Source: Macrostomum lignano (lineage: Eukaryota). Taken from it: a DNA stretch of 64,000 nucleotides. Location: the NCBI GenBank assembly GCA_002269645.1, contig NIVC01001758.1:232285-296284 (forward strand). Direction: 5' to 3'. The translations under genes and the position numbers were made by a program. Numbering within the stretch: the stretch's first letter is position 1; every line of letters begins with the position of its first letter. The notes under the pieces were generated by a model, which was not told where the DNA came from, did no database searches, and was given only the letters and a program-made list of their open reading frames with translations. Below are positions 36,159-48,172 of the stretch, piece after piece.

Positions 36159-39100
36159 CTTAGTCAGTAGCCTTGATGCCACCTTCCCCCCTCGTCATCT
36201 TTCTATCTTTTTTTCCTCTTTATAGCGTCCCTTTTTAGAGAGCCACAGAAATAGTTGTTGTTGGGGAAATTCGCAAATTACAGTGCTTAAAGAGCTTGGA
36301 GCGGCTAGCAATGTCGCTGTCTTGCGTTATGCAGACGCAGATCGGTACAAATCAGATAGACCGATATGAGGGATAACTTGACAGTTACGTCTTGATCGTA
36401 GCTACTCTTAAGTATTTTAAGTCAGGGGCGCAGCCAGATCGGAAGGGACACCATCGTGGAAGCGCCGGCAGCTTAAAGGGAGAGAGATGAGAGGGGAGAG
36501 GAGATAAGCGGGGAAAGAGGAGAGAGAGAAGAGTAGAGGGGAAGAATTGAAGAGAGAGCCAAGAAGAGACATACGCTCGTACATGTACACTCAGCAACAT
36601 GCTAAAGAAACCAGTGGTCAACTTGTCTCAGATCTCAGCCCCAAGCGACGTGATTTACTCGTCTCAATTGTGGGTGATGCAATTTGCGTCACAATGCTTA
36701 GGCTGGTGAGGAGAGAGTGGAGAGTTATGGCTAGAATTGGATTAAAGCAGCCACTGGTTGACCCCAGCTGGTTTCAAGGTGGAAACTTTAAATGTTGCTG
36801 AGTCTAACCCATATGCTGGCCGGTTTGCTATTGTGAAGTTTTAAAGGACCCGAGGACCGGATAGAGAGGCTTCGCGGTCCGAATGTTTGCCGACCCCTTG
36901 CTATAGCAAAACTTTGATATTCTGCCGACTCAGTCTAATTCCCAGCTTTAGTTTTGTGAGGCTTGCGTGTGAGGTCGGGTTGCGCCTTTGTGCTTGTGTT
37001 TGCTATCGTTTTTTCCACACGTGCTCTTTTGTGCATACGGCTCTGTACATTTTAAAATCAGCCATGTCCCATCGGCGGCGAATCGTTTTTATTCTAATCG
37101 ATTTTCTATCGTTAACGATTGATAAAATGAACGCTTTTGATCGTGAATGGTTGATTCCGAGAATCCCGTGTTGGCAAAACTCGCCGAGACATCCACTTTA
37201 AAATCCTGCAGCTACCCCGGACTGACGTGACATCCTACTCAAGGCAGAGAATGCAGAGACCTACAGCTTGCAGACTCTGCTGCAGCGGGTGGCTCGGCTC
37301 TAGGAGCTGTCCAGGCGATAGCCGGTTGCGGCAGTCAGTGCCATCAGCGCTACTTGAGCAGAAAGAGGTACCGTCCGAGGACCGCTTTAGTCATGTCAAC
37401 CCCTCCAGTTTGTTAGTGTCTGATTTCCTGTTAGCTCACACTTTCATGTTCGTTTGTGGACATGTACTTGAGCAAATAGACAGCTCAACGGCTAAACAGC
37501 TCCCGAGGCACGGCGCAAAAAAACTAACGTATATTTGTGTCTGTTGCTCTGGGGAGCCATTCAGATGAATTCTCTTAAGTTTAACTGCTAGTATATTCCA
37601 AGAGCGTAGTTTATATACAGTATAATTACGAGCTAATAATCCATCAATTAAAGTTGAAAACCAGCTTTCAAAACAATTGCGGCAGTTTTAGGCCCGCAAG
37701 TTTTAATTAGCGCACCTTTTCATGTCTATCTTTTATGCGTCTAGAGAAGCCACTAAGCTAGAGAGACGAATAAAGCTGATTAATTAAATAGAAAGAAGGA
37801 AGTAAAAGGCTGCTAAATGCGCAACCATCCCGAGTGCAATGCGATTCTTGCACTCGATCAGACACGACCGCTGCAGCAGAGGATACAGGAAAACTTGACT
37901 CTCGTAGCTACTCCAGCCACTGCGTGGAGTCTGCATGTCGTAGGTTTTTTTCTCTTTAAAAATTGTCGAGAACAAGATCAGTTTTGGGGTTGAGACAGTA
38001 AAAAACTAATTAATTAAGTCATGCGTGCAAAATCCAGGGGCTTTGGGCAAAGCTACACTATAGAGAACAACGAAATACCATGGATCGGAGTTCGGTCGTT
38101 CACTAAACCAGCATCGTCTGCTGCTAACCAATCATAATTTTCGTTGAGCTCTTAGAATAAGAAACTAAAAAATTAGAAAGCATGGAAAGCATTGCACTCC
38201 GACACTTTACATCTCTGACACTTCATAACTCCGACACCTTATATCTCCGACACTTCATATCTCCGACACCTTATTTCTCCGACACTTCATATCTCCGACA
38301 CCTCATATCTCCGACACTTCATATCTCCGACACCTCATATCTCCGACACTTCATATCTCCGACACTTCATATCTCCGACACCTCATTTCTCCGACACACT
38401 TCATATCTCCGACACTTCATATCTCCGACACTTCATATCTCCGACACCTCATATCTCCGACACTTCATATCTCCGACACCTCATATCTCCGACACTTCAT
38501 ATCATATCATACACTTCACATTCACGACACTTCACATCATCATTTCATTTCTATTTTTTTAGCGTTGCCGCTATCCAATAATATTCTGTCTAAATTTTTC
38601 TTGACAAATTTGTGAGCGCACCTTCGGTTCGGACTAAACACTTGCCTGCTTTATTTGAAATCCTCAGTCTAGACGGTGATTCGGTGTTCAAAAAATTGAA
38701 AAAATCCAATTTTCGAGAAAGCATTTTTTGCAAGCAGTGCCCTTCTGTTTCAGCTGTCCTAGATAGAAAATTTATTAAATATAGTCACGATAATTACAAT
38801 AAAGACCTATCGCTGGGAGCTAATCATAATTACAATTATCCCATGCTCGTTAATTAGACTCACATCTTTCCAAATCGGCAATAGGCACCATGCAGGTGCG
38901 CCAGGTGCCCAAATTGTCGCTGCAGCGCGGCACGCACAGCGGATTTCGCACCTGTACAAATCGACTCCGGCCGCCCCAGGAGCTTGTCGACGTCGTTGCA
39001 GACGTTAAGCCTGACGTCGGTTTGCGCTCCCTGTCTTCGACATCATCAGACTGGTTCTTGCTCGAGTCGCTCTTAGGACAACCGCTGGCCTGTCCGTGAT

Positions 39101-39440
39101 AGGCTACCTCGGCACGAATGTCGCTCACCCCGGTGAGGTCCAACTGCACAGTTGCTGAGAATGTCATTGACGTCCACTCGGAGCACCGCCTACGAACCGT
39201 CAGCCGCCGGGTTGGTACCGCCCGCGGTCGTCGCGACTGTTGCTGATTGGCCTCCGCGGCGGCTCGTCTGTGCTGGTAGCGCCGACATGAGGCTGGCATC
39301 TCAGCTGAGCTGCTGTCATCGTCTGGGAAGTCTTGAAAGTTGCCGAACGCCGGTAGTTGGCCGACGCGCACTTCGGCGCGACGTCGCAGGGACGGCATCA
39401 TCGGCGATTCGGCTGGACTCTGAGAAGAAGAGGCCGCCAT
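29713..39440 (-). CDS. CNOT6: CCR4/CNOT6-like EEP-family deadenylase
   Basis: Exons 33684-33461, 32968-32814, 32433-32063, 30596-30329, 29947-29713 (TAA) join in frame: FTLMSYNIL, LCLQEVETEQ, FSPKSRARTM, VDGCAIFW, VCNSHVHWDP..DVKLIQT, LCGDFNSLPQSG, YTHDFKGVIDYIF, GCPN..VPSDH. Putative first exon 39440-38864 ends at a phase-1 GTGAGT donor matching the next exon (less certain). Confidence 0.85.
29991..30172 (-). mobile_element. 5'-truncated copy of the SINE at 12819-13135
   Basis: Reverse complement aligns to ~12960-13138 (GAGGGCYGCTGTACACTCCT...GGCAGTAATGCCTCTCGCCGGTTGTGTGACAATGTCGCTT...CTCTAAT); lies in the last CCR4-like intron. Confidence 0.8.
31650..31959 (-). mobile_element. tRNA-derived SINE with CORE-like domain (second family)
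   Basis: Minus strand: tRNA-like head with B-box GGTTCGATTCC (31893-31883), then CCTTGAGCAAGACACTTAACTC...CTGTAGAATGGG, resembling the MIR/CORE-SINE core (CCTTGGGCAAGTCACTTAAC...CTGTAAAATGGG). 3' end approximate. Confidence 0.65.
32592..32750. repeat. Short array of the 51-bp minisatellite
   Basis: Same unit as 28853-29340, in the CCR4-like intron after exon 3. Confidence 0.85.
33100..33440. repeat. Intronic minisatellite, 25-bp unit
   Basis: GAGGGGCTGTCGGGAGAAGACCCGG repeats starting ~20 nt from the donor at 33460. Confidence 0.95.
34525..35030. repeat. AC-rich 10-12-bp tandem repeat
   Basis: (AC)ACCAAGACAA repeats with degenerate flanks. Confidence 0.9.
35129..35212 (+). ncRNA. Candidate spliced-leader-related / Sm-class small RNA (speculative)
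   Basis: 5' hairpin GCCGT-AAAG-ACGGT, Sm-like AATTGTCTTGA (35166-35176), and 3' stem AGGAGCG/CGCTCCT (35177-35183 / 35206-35212). The first 15 nt match the Macrostomum SL 5' end as recalled from memory; no ATG|GT donor. Confidence 0.2.
36103..36156. repeat. (CT)n microsatellite
   Basis: Perfect TC dinucleotide run. Confidence 0.98.
38200..38515. repeat. Minisatellite, 16-bp unit
   Basis: ATATCTCCGACAC(T/C)TC repeats in CCR4-like intron 1. Confidence 0.95.
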
Positions 39441-41226
39441 TCAAAGACTGCCAACGTTTTTTTAAAGCTGACAATCGGTTGAACTTAGCAGTAAGTCTCT
39501 TACTTTTCTAGGGTAGCAAGAGCGGCTTACAACGGTTCCGAAGTCAGGCCCGAACGGAGAGTCTGCAAATGCTGCTGAGTATTTGACAATGGAGTAAGCC
39601 CGACTCTCTGCCCGCGCTCTCCTCTCGTTTGTCGAGAACCCGAGTAGAGCAGGGCCGTGAGGTTGTGTCCAATGCTGCTAGCGAATGAGAACTGACCAAG
39701 ATGAAGAGAAGCGTGCTTTTTTGTGAAGACGAGGCTGAGGTAAACTGAAAATGAGAGAAAGAAATGACGCAGAGAACTGGGGCTGCTATTTTCTTGATTC
39801 TCTCTCTCGCGCTCTCGATCTTTATAACTTCGTCTCCGTTGGTCTCAACCATCTCTCGCTCGTTTTTTCTATTTTGTAACCCGAACCCCCTCCTCTCTCT
39901 GTTTTCGAGTTTTCGAGCAGCAAGCATAAAACAAACCCCCATGCCCTCGAGGCTGCATGGCTGGCTCCACGCCGCCTATTATTCCATGTACAAACTGCTG
40001 AGTAAGGGAGAGAGGGTTGGACAGCCCCCGCCTGCCCCCTCATCACCTCTTCATTACCTCTCTCATCTTGAGAAGCTCGATTGCGACCGATGAAGCAATT
40101 GACAATTACTCAACTGTTCGCGTTAACCTCTATCTGCTCTCCTGAGCTGAGCTTCTCAGTGTAAATAATACAACGGGGCGATAATTCTAGTTTCTCTGCA
40201 CTAAAACTTGAGCCTAAACCAAGAAACAGAGGTAAATAGGTAGCTTAGAGCAACAGCAAGACATTGCATGCCTCATTTGTCGTCTCAGATAGCTTATATT
40301 GCGCGCTCAACTCTCAATGCGAGAGCCAAATGTTAATGAAATTGTTGGCTGTATTTATTGTTGAGTATGCTATATTTTATGCCAATCTTGGATTGGCAAA
40401 AAACCCTTAATTGCACGGTCCCTTTCCCTCTAATGTAAAAATGGTTTCGTTAAAACAAAATTTAGTAGAAAAACTTGAATTCGCTTGTCTAAAGTATTGT
40501 TTTTAAACGCCACAAAGTACCCTATAGTTTCTCAAATTAATTTGAAGAATGAAGAGAAGGTGTGTTTTTGTTTAATGTATTTTCGTTTTAAGACTACTAC
40601 CGTAGCCTCTATCGCTGCAATCTGCGTTCTAAGAAGGGGACCATTGTTGAACAAAAGCACACATTTTGAAACACAAACGCCCAAAACGCGTGTTTAATTG
40701 TATTGTAGAAAGTGTTTCTTTGCCAAAATCCTTGATGCAATGAAGTAATTTTTTCTCAAACTCCACATTGCTAATCCATTGTACTAAAAGTAGCAACAAA
40801 AGAATATTAATCTTCAATTACTAGTTTCTCTTAAATTTTTTTCGATTCTAAACTGTTTTCTTTATCTTATCTGAACGGAACTAAAATTGTTAATTTAATG
40901 TATTTCCTAAATATTAAGTGTTTAATACTCCTTTTGATAATAGATCCAAAAATACTCACAATCTGATTTTGATTTTCCATAACCAACAATTCATTATTCC
41001 CACTCGACCCATAGCCCAGCGCGCAATATTGCCGATATGTATAGAAAGCATGGCTTTGAGCATTTAAAAAAGCTGCATAATGTTACATTCCATGCAGTAG
41101 ATACGCTACCACTCTAGACTAGAGTATAAAAAAACTTGTTTTGATGACAATACTAAAAAAATATTTCTTTTGAAACGTTTTGACTTTATTAGCACGATTT
41201 TTCTAAAAATTGTTTTCAAAAAATGT

Positions 41227-41298
41227 TAGCAGAGCGTGGTTTCGATCCACGGACCTCTGGGTTATGGGCCCAGCACGCTTCCACTGCGCCACTCTGTT
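41227..41298 (-). tRNA. Initiator tRNA-Met (CAT)
   Basis: AACAGAGTGGCGCAGTGGAAGCGTGCTGGGCCCATAACCCAGAGGTCCGTGGATCGAAACCACGCTCTGCTA: A1:U72 pair, three G-C anticodon-stem pairs, GATCGAAA T-loop typical of eukaryotic initiators, T6 Pol III terminator 3 nt downstream. A2-C71 mismatch. Confidence 0.93.
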
Positions 41299-41759
41299 TG
41301 ATGCTGCCGACTAAATCGATAAATATTTAAAGCATACCTTCGTACCATGGTTGCCTGGAATTTTTCCTAAGCGGTCAAACATCATCTCTAGACTGGGCAC
41401 TGGGGGGGGGGGGGTCAGGGGGGGGCAGTTCGAAGACGCAGCGGGGAGGCCAGAGTCGCCCATTCCGCAAAGGGGTCAGGGGTGACACGTGAAACGATCG
41501 AAAGTTGCATGCATGAGAGGATGAGATTCAAAAATTTAAGGGATTTTAGGAACGGCTGCCTGTGAGTCATGACCAAAATCCATTGTGGATGTCAATGTGA
41601 GATAAGAGTAAGCTGCCACTTGCACGGCGGTGCAGTGGCCGGATGGGCTGGGCTGGGCCCTGGCCTCCGGCCAGGATTTATGGGGGGGGGCGTGGGCGAT
41701 GATGGCGCCCCGATTAAATCCAAAAATAGTTCTAACAATTACCGCCCTCAGTTAATTTT

Positions 41760-42005
41760 GCTCAGTATAGCGCCCCATAGCGTGGCGCCCCCTCAGTGTA
41801 TGGCCATGGCGCCCCTCTTGAGTATTAACTTATGGCGCCCGTCAGTGTATTATGGCGCCCTCTATAGTGTAGTTTGGCGCCCCTCTATATAGTGTATTAT
41901 TATATGCATGACGCCCTCAAGTGTATTTGGCGCCCCTCTTGTGCATAATAATGGCGCCCCTCTAGTGTATTTATGGCGCCTCTCTACTGTATATTATGGC
42001 GCTCC
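41760..42005. repeat. Degenerate tandem ATGGCGCCC motif array
   Basis: About ten TATGGCGCCC(CTC)-like motifs with variable spacers. Confidence 0.7.
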
Positions 42006-43509
42006 CACTCTTATGGTTAAAATCCGGCCCCCTTATCTTATATCTATATAAAGCTGAGTGGACCGATCGACCGGCCGGGATTCCGCGTATCTTTTTATAA
42101 TATTTCAAAATCCGCCTTTGGCTGGGCATCATGTATACACATACTCTAGAGAAATCGGATCTTTTAGCCGGGATAACTTTCTTGAGCAAATCTATAGCTC
42201 TCCATTCATTATAAATATTTCATGTAAGATGTATTTAATCATTGGATGTAATTTCTGAAATTTCACGAAGCACTATAAAGCGCACTTCCCACCAATGTAA
42301 CAAAGATTGGGGGAGCCAAGTTGTGTCCGGGGGGTAATACGTACGCTCGAGTGCAGCACAACTAAGTACGTACATGCAATGTTACATGTGTATAATTAAT
42401 AATGCAACAAGCTGTTGCACGAGATTCAGATTCAATATACAGAGGCAGCGCAGTTTTTTACAACTCGTAGTCACAAGAGACAATAATGAAAAAAAAACAG
42501 TGCTAGAAAATTAGCAATGATGTGATTTTGTAAAGTGATAATAATGAAAATTGTCACCATGCACATTGACTGATTGGGCACACTAGAGTTGAGTGAAGTT
42601 CGACTGTGAACGTTAGACGTTAAATTGCGTGCGTATTCAAATGAGACAAACTAGTGTAATTTTTTTGACGTTGGTTTATATTGTCTTGGAGGAGATTATA
42701 ACACTATCCGCTATACCTATTCCCTATCTCTTCTAAGTAACTATTGCTTACTCTAAGAGCCTATTATAATATAGTAACTACAATAGTATCGTGTTATAAT
42801 TATATCACTTCTTATTATTTCTCATTTTTTTCTGATCAATCTGGTAATGCCAATGCCAATGGTATCGTCACTCACTGTCACTGATACTATAGTATAGTGA
42901 TAATGATATTGTCTATCTATTAATAATAATAACTGATATTGATAAGTAGGCTAATAATAATTAAGTGATAGGGCCTACAATCAATACTGAGTGAGTGATA
43001 GCACTACTAGGCCTACTGAGTTGTGATATAAATATAATGATACAGCTTAGCTTAGCCAAGTTAGGCCTAGCCTTAAGCTTAGTGATTGTTAGTGGCCAAG
43101 TGAATATGTTATAATAGAGGCCTAGGGTTAGACCAGTGTCATGTTGGGCACAATTTCAATACTCTGATGTTCCAATTTTATCACTATTAGCAATACCCTT
43201 TGGGTAGGGCCTATTGCCTATCAGTATCAGATTACTATCTAGGACTAGACCAAGTAGGGCCTAGATAGACAAGAAACTATAATTCTTGGAAAAGTTTAAA
43301 AAGCAAGTTTCATTGAAAAAAAATTATTTTCATATTTTTCATTTTTTTAAATATGACCTAATTTTATTTTTAGCATAAAAATTGTTATTGCTTTTGATAA
43401 AAGGCAGAGTGTTTGAAATCTGGAAAACCTAAAAATATAAAAAAAAACCTAAAAAACAAAAAGGTAAGATTTGGAAAACACCTAAATTGGCTGCAACAAT
43501 AGAAAAACT

Positions 43510-45123
43510 GGCAATCTTCAAGTTTCATTTGTTAAATTATTTTTTTCAATGATTTCTGAACTATCTTGCTCTGAGATGATTATTTTCGAGCTCTCTAGTG
43601 TACCCAGCCCTTACCTAGCTGAGAAAGTAGCAGCTTTGTTAATATTAACCTCTAAGGTACCATAAAGCCGGAAATATAAGATGCAAACAAGCAAAGCTAA
43701 CATGTAATGCTGAGTACAAACAGACAGAAATAGTAACACAGTGGGGTACAACAAGGGCAGTAGTAGCAGTCCAGTTCAGTAGCAACAGTTTAGCACATAG
43801 AACTCAATGCTTAGACATTATAGTAATCTGCGATCTAGTATAGGATGTTCCCAAATGGATTGACAGGGTGCAAATGGCGCCATATGAACTCATCCAGGTA
43901 GGTTTCAAACAGGGCCTGTGATGTACCATGCATTGCCCTTAGCTTAGCTTTGCAATGTGCCTAGGTGCCCTCGATTAGGTTCGTATGTACAGTTGGGTCT
44001 AGAGGGTTCACGAAGGCCAATTGGTGGTTCACCATCACATGGTTCTGCAGTTGGCCATAAGCCTGCTAGCCATCGGTAATAATCTGTGTACCAGGAAGCA
44101 CATACTGCTGGATGATTGGCAGTAGTGTGGCAGCTGTCCTGTTGGGCACAGCAACTAAGGTTGCCTTCCTGGAACCACGCTCAACCATGCCTAACACCCA
44201 TTGGCCCGGCCAATGTGCATCCTGGTGGTACTTACGATGAAAGAAGTATGACTCGTCCACTTCTACATCCTGGCTAGCACCACCAAGCTGCATCGGATGG
44301 TCCAATAGGTATTGGGCACAGACATCCCTGATGAAGTTCTGCCAGTCAACCGTAGACTGGGGACTGACCTGGGCTTGACGTGCGCACTCATGCTGCCTGG
44401 CTTCTGTCGCCCACCAGTAGATGAGGTCCAGTAGCTGACATAGCTTGAGGTGACTCCGTTCAAAAAAGGACCCCTTTTGGATAGACACCTGCGCATGGCA
44501 GTTGATGGAAGCCCAAGCGTAGCCATCAGTAAAGCAGTCACCTTGATGGAGCTGCAGCTGAAGTTGAGTGGCCGGACAATTGGCACATACTTGCTGGTTG
44601 GCAATTAGATGGTATTTGGCCATCCAGTTCATGGTATCCCTTGTTGTTGCCGTAATCACAGCTAGTTCCCGCATTGTCAAGGTGATGTCGCACAAAGCTG
44701 CAGCTGGTTGCACTTGTGCTACTGGTACAATAAAAGTGGGTTCCGCTAGTCGTCTTGCCATAGTATATTAGTCTTATAGTGTATTAGCTGCTTGTCTATT
44801 AACTGCTTATGATATTACTCCATGCCACTCTTAAAGCTGCATACAGTAGCATCTTTATTCCCCATAGACGTTCTTTGCTAAAATGCCACGTCAGTGAAAG
44901 CCACGTCATCATTACGTTACCGTAATATGGGCCATAGACATTCCTTTGCCTACCAACGGCTTTATGGTACCAGGTACCTTAGAGGTTAATATTAACAAAG
45001 CTGCTACTTTCTCAGCTAGGAAAGGGCTGGGTACACTGGAGAGCTCGAAAATAATCATCTCAGAGCAAGATAGTTCAGAAATCATTGAAAAAATAATTTA
45101 ACGAACAAAACTTGAAGATTGCC
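43510..45123 (-). mobile_element. Merlin (IS1595/ISXO2-like) DNA transposon, copy 1
   Basis: ~160-bp TIRs (43510-43670 / 44957-45123) starting GGCAAT; degenerate 8-bp TSD GAAAAACT/AAAAAACC; encloses a DDE transposase. Confidence 0.88.
43811..44761 (-). pseudogene. Merlin transposase, inactivated by three in-frame TAG stops
   Basis: Motifs SIQKGSFFE, DVEVDESYF, GQWVLGMVERG, LLPII..YV.PGT.I.TDG*, VNH...FV.P...HTN.IEGT*, YLDEFIWR. No frameshift; stops at 44066-44068, 43961-43963, 43835-43837. Confidence 0.88.
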
Positions 45124-45427
45124 AAAAAACCTTATATACACTAGATTATATAGGCCTAGTACATGCTTGGGCGCAACCTTGGGATTCACTCGGCCGTTTC
45201 TATTGGCAACACACATATGTATGTTGCTATTGGACAGAATAGTAGTCACATGACTGCTCTCGCACATACGGCCTAGTATATACCAAAAAATTTGGGTATG
45301 CATTGGCTTTGCATGCCTAAAGTTAAGCATACACAGTTGGCATGCATGCATGACTCCTATAAAGTTTGCTTGCATATTTTATCTAATTATACCATGGTTA
45401 TGTTTCTTTTTATATTTGTTGATTGCT

Positions 45428-45856
45428 TATTAATAGGGCAGTTGTTATTTGTCCGGTGACCAGACGAATAGCGATGTGGTTATTTGTCCAGTTACTGGAT
45501 CCTGACCATGCTTTCCTATTCATCCGGTTAAAACCAGACAAATAGACATTTTGTTATTTGTCCAGTTAAATTGATAATGATAAAATATCTAGTTTATAAA
45601 AACCACAAGGGTAAATATTCCTAGACTTCAAAGACTTCTTACTTGTGTCTTGATTATTATATTGTTATACTAGTGTATGTCTTATACACCAAATTATGCT
45701 GAATTGAATACACTGCTTTATACGAGAAAAGGTCTATAAAAAATCTAGAATATTCATCACAAAACAAATACGATATTTGTGTTAGCAATTTAACTGGACA
45801 AATAGCAAAAAGGCTATTCATCCGGTCATTGGACAAATAACAACTGCCTATTAATA
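45428..45856. mobile_element. MITE (~430 bp, unclassified)
   Basis: Terminal inverted repeats TATTAATAGG(G)CAGTTGTTATTTGTCC... at both ends; internal TTATTTGTCCAG repeats. Confidence 0.7.
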
Positions 45857-45978
45857 GTAGTCTATTTTACCTATTTTTTAAAAATATAAGATATATATTA
45901 ATCATAATAATAAACAAAAAATCAACAAACACTGCATTGTATATATATATTTCATTGTACTTGAATATAGAAGAACCT

Positions 45979-47225
45979 AACAATTTTCCTCTTTCATTTG
46001 TCAACTTAATTTTTTGTTTGAACACAAATAGTACCAACTTTAAACAACAAAAAACGATAATAGTATATTGTGAAAACATTTGTAGCATTTAGAAAAGCTT
46101 GAAATGGAAATTGCACCAAGGCATATAAAAAAGTGAAGCAACGCTTGTCATCCAATGCTTGAAAGTAAAGCAAATGAAGCATATTACTTTCTATCTATCA
46201 GTAATCACACATGTACTAGGGAGAATGTGGCATTGAATCAAAGGTAGCAGCATTGTAGCAATACGGTTAGGAATAGCAATCATCACATACTTCTTGGTAC
46301 CATGTTCAACCAGGCCTAGTACCCACTGTCCTGGCCAGTGGGCACCTTGGTGGTACTTTCAATGAAAGAAATAGGATTTGTCTATCTCTACATCTCTACC
46401 AGGACTACCTAGTTCTACTGGATGGTCAATCAGGTACTGAGAATAGATGTCCTTGATGAAGTTTTGCCAATCAATAATACCATTATAACCAATGTTGCAT
46501 TTTCATTGACACTCACCCTGATTTGCTTCTATAGCCTACCACAAATGAGATCTAGCAGCTGCTGCAGTGTAAGATGACTAGCTTCAAAAAATGAGCCTTT
46601 CTGAATTGACACTTGGGCATGACAGCTGGTGCATGCCCATGCCAGTCCATCCAAGAATTGGTCACCCATATGCCATTGCAATCGCATTTGTGGTGCCATT
46701 ATATTGCCGGCGCCACCTCTAGGGCAGGTCAAGCAAGACCATTCCTTGGTTTACAATAATATGGTATATTGCCATCCAGTTGATAATGTCTCAAGGTGTT
46801 TTCGTGATAGTGGCAAGCTCCCACATTGTGAAATTAATCTTGCATAGCTCTAGTGTAAGACGCACTTGCCCAGGGGGTACTATAAATATAGGTGCTGCAA
46901 GGTGACCAGTCATGTCATGTCGTTGAATATAATTGTATGTTTTTGAGCAGTAGCTGACTAAAAACTTAAAAGGACTTGTAAATTATTTTCTTCATACCCC
47001 CTTCTAGTTTTCTAATGATATCCCTGCAGTTTTAACCATAGACAATTGCTAAAAGACAGTTGTTGCTTCACTTTCTTACATACCTTGGCGCAATTTCAAT
47101 TTCATGCTTTTCTAAATGCTACAAAGGTTTCCACGACATATTGTTATCGTTTTTTGTCATTTAAAGTTAGTACTGTTTGTGTTCAAACAAAAAATTGATT
47201 TAACAAATGAAAGAGGAAAATTGCC
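45979..47225 (-). mobile_element. Merlin DNA transposon, copy 2 (more decayed, internally deleted)
   Basis: ~165-bp TIRs (AACAATTTTCCTC... / ...GAGGAAAATTGCC); TSD AAGAACCT/AAGAACCA; transposase remnant VSIQKGSFFEASHL, DWQNFIKD, DVEIDKSYFFH*KYHQGAHWPGQWVLGLVE at ~46260-46840. Confidence 0.85.
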
Positions 47226-48172
47226 AAGAACCAAAACATTGATATTGAATTTTGAATAAATACTCTAAAAAACCAAATTTCCATACTTTGATATCTTGTC
47301 TTTTTAAGCTATATTGATTTTGATAAAGTTTTTTGTTTTGAAAATTAGGATTATATATTATTTTTATATCTTCTATATATATCCTGCACTATTCTTAAGA
47401 AGTATAAAAATGGATTTCTCTAGATATCAGTAATAATTTAGCATTGAAAAGTTAAATTCAAAGTCAAATATTTAGCTAGTATTTATAAAAGAACTTTTGC
47501 ATCAACCCCAAATAAAACACTATTTATATTTAATAAACTTATAAAAACTTAAAAAAATTAATTTGTCTTATATTTTATTATTATAAAATAAAGCCAAAGG
47601 CTTAGTACTAGATATATTAGAGTTAAATAGAAAAATAGTGTTACAAAAAGTGAATACTCCAAAAATGATATAATCAATATTAGTAAAACTTGCTATATAT
47701 TTTATTAATAGGGCCTATATTAAGATAGCCTAGGTCTAATATTTTATTTTATATAGTTATCATTGGTTGCTATCCATAGTCTCAAGTATGCTCTATGTAC
47801 ACGAGAATAATTTTTGCCTTTGCACACTATACATGGGAGGTAAAATCACATATCCACAATCCACCCCATGCATACCAAGCTGAATGACTGGGGGGATAGG
47901 GAGGGGAGTTCCTAGCATCTGATAGATAAAAGTAGGAAAGTCTATAAAAATACCATAATTCCATAAACAAGTTAAGCCAGTTTGGACTATTAGGAAAAGG
48001 AGCAGAATTTGCAATAGTTAAAACAAAGTTCAGCAAAACATCTATTAGTCCGCTGCTAGCTGCGTGACTATGCTAAAACTTATGAGCTCAGTGTTTAGGG
48101 GGCAGTCAAGCATGTCCTTGTTCTCCTAGTTGACCTCCGCCTCCTCTGAGTGCCCCAGAAATGGGCAGCAAG

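Noticed and set aside
39495-39504. Short GTCTCTTACT match to the recalled SL sequence
   Set aside because: Only 10 nt, expected by chance.
41390-41720. GC-rich block with poly-G runs near the tRNA as a defined element
   Set aside because: Resembles MITE ends, but no matching inverted terminus or TSD could be located.
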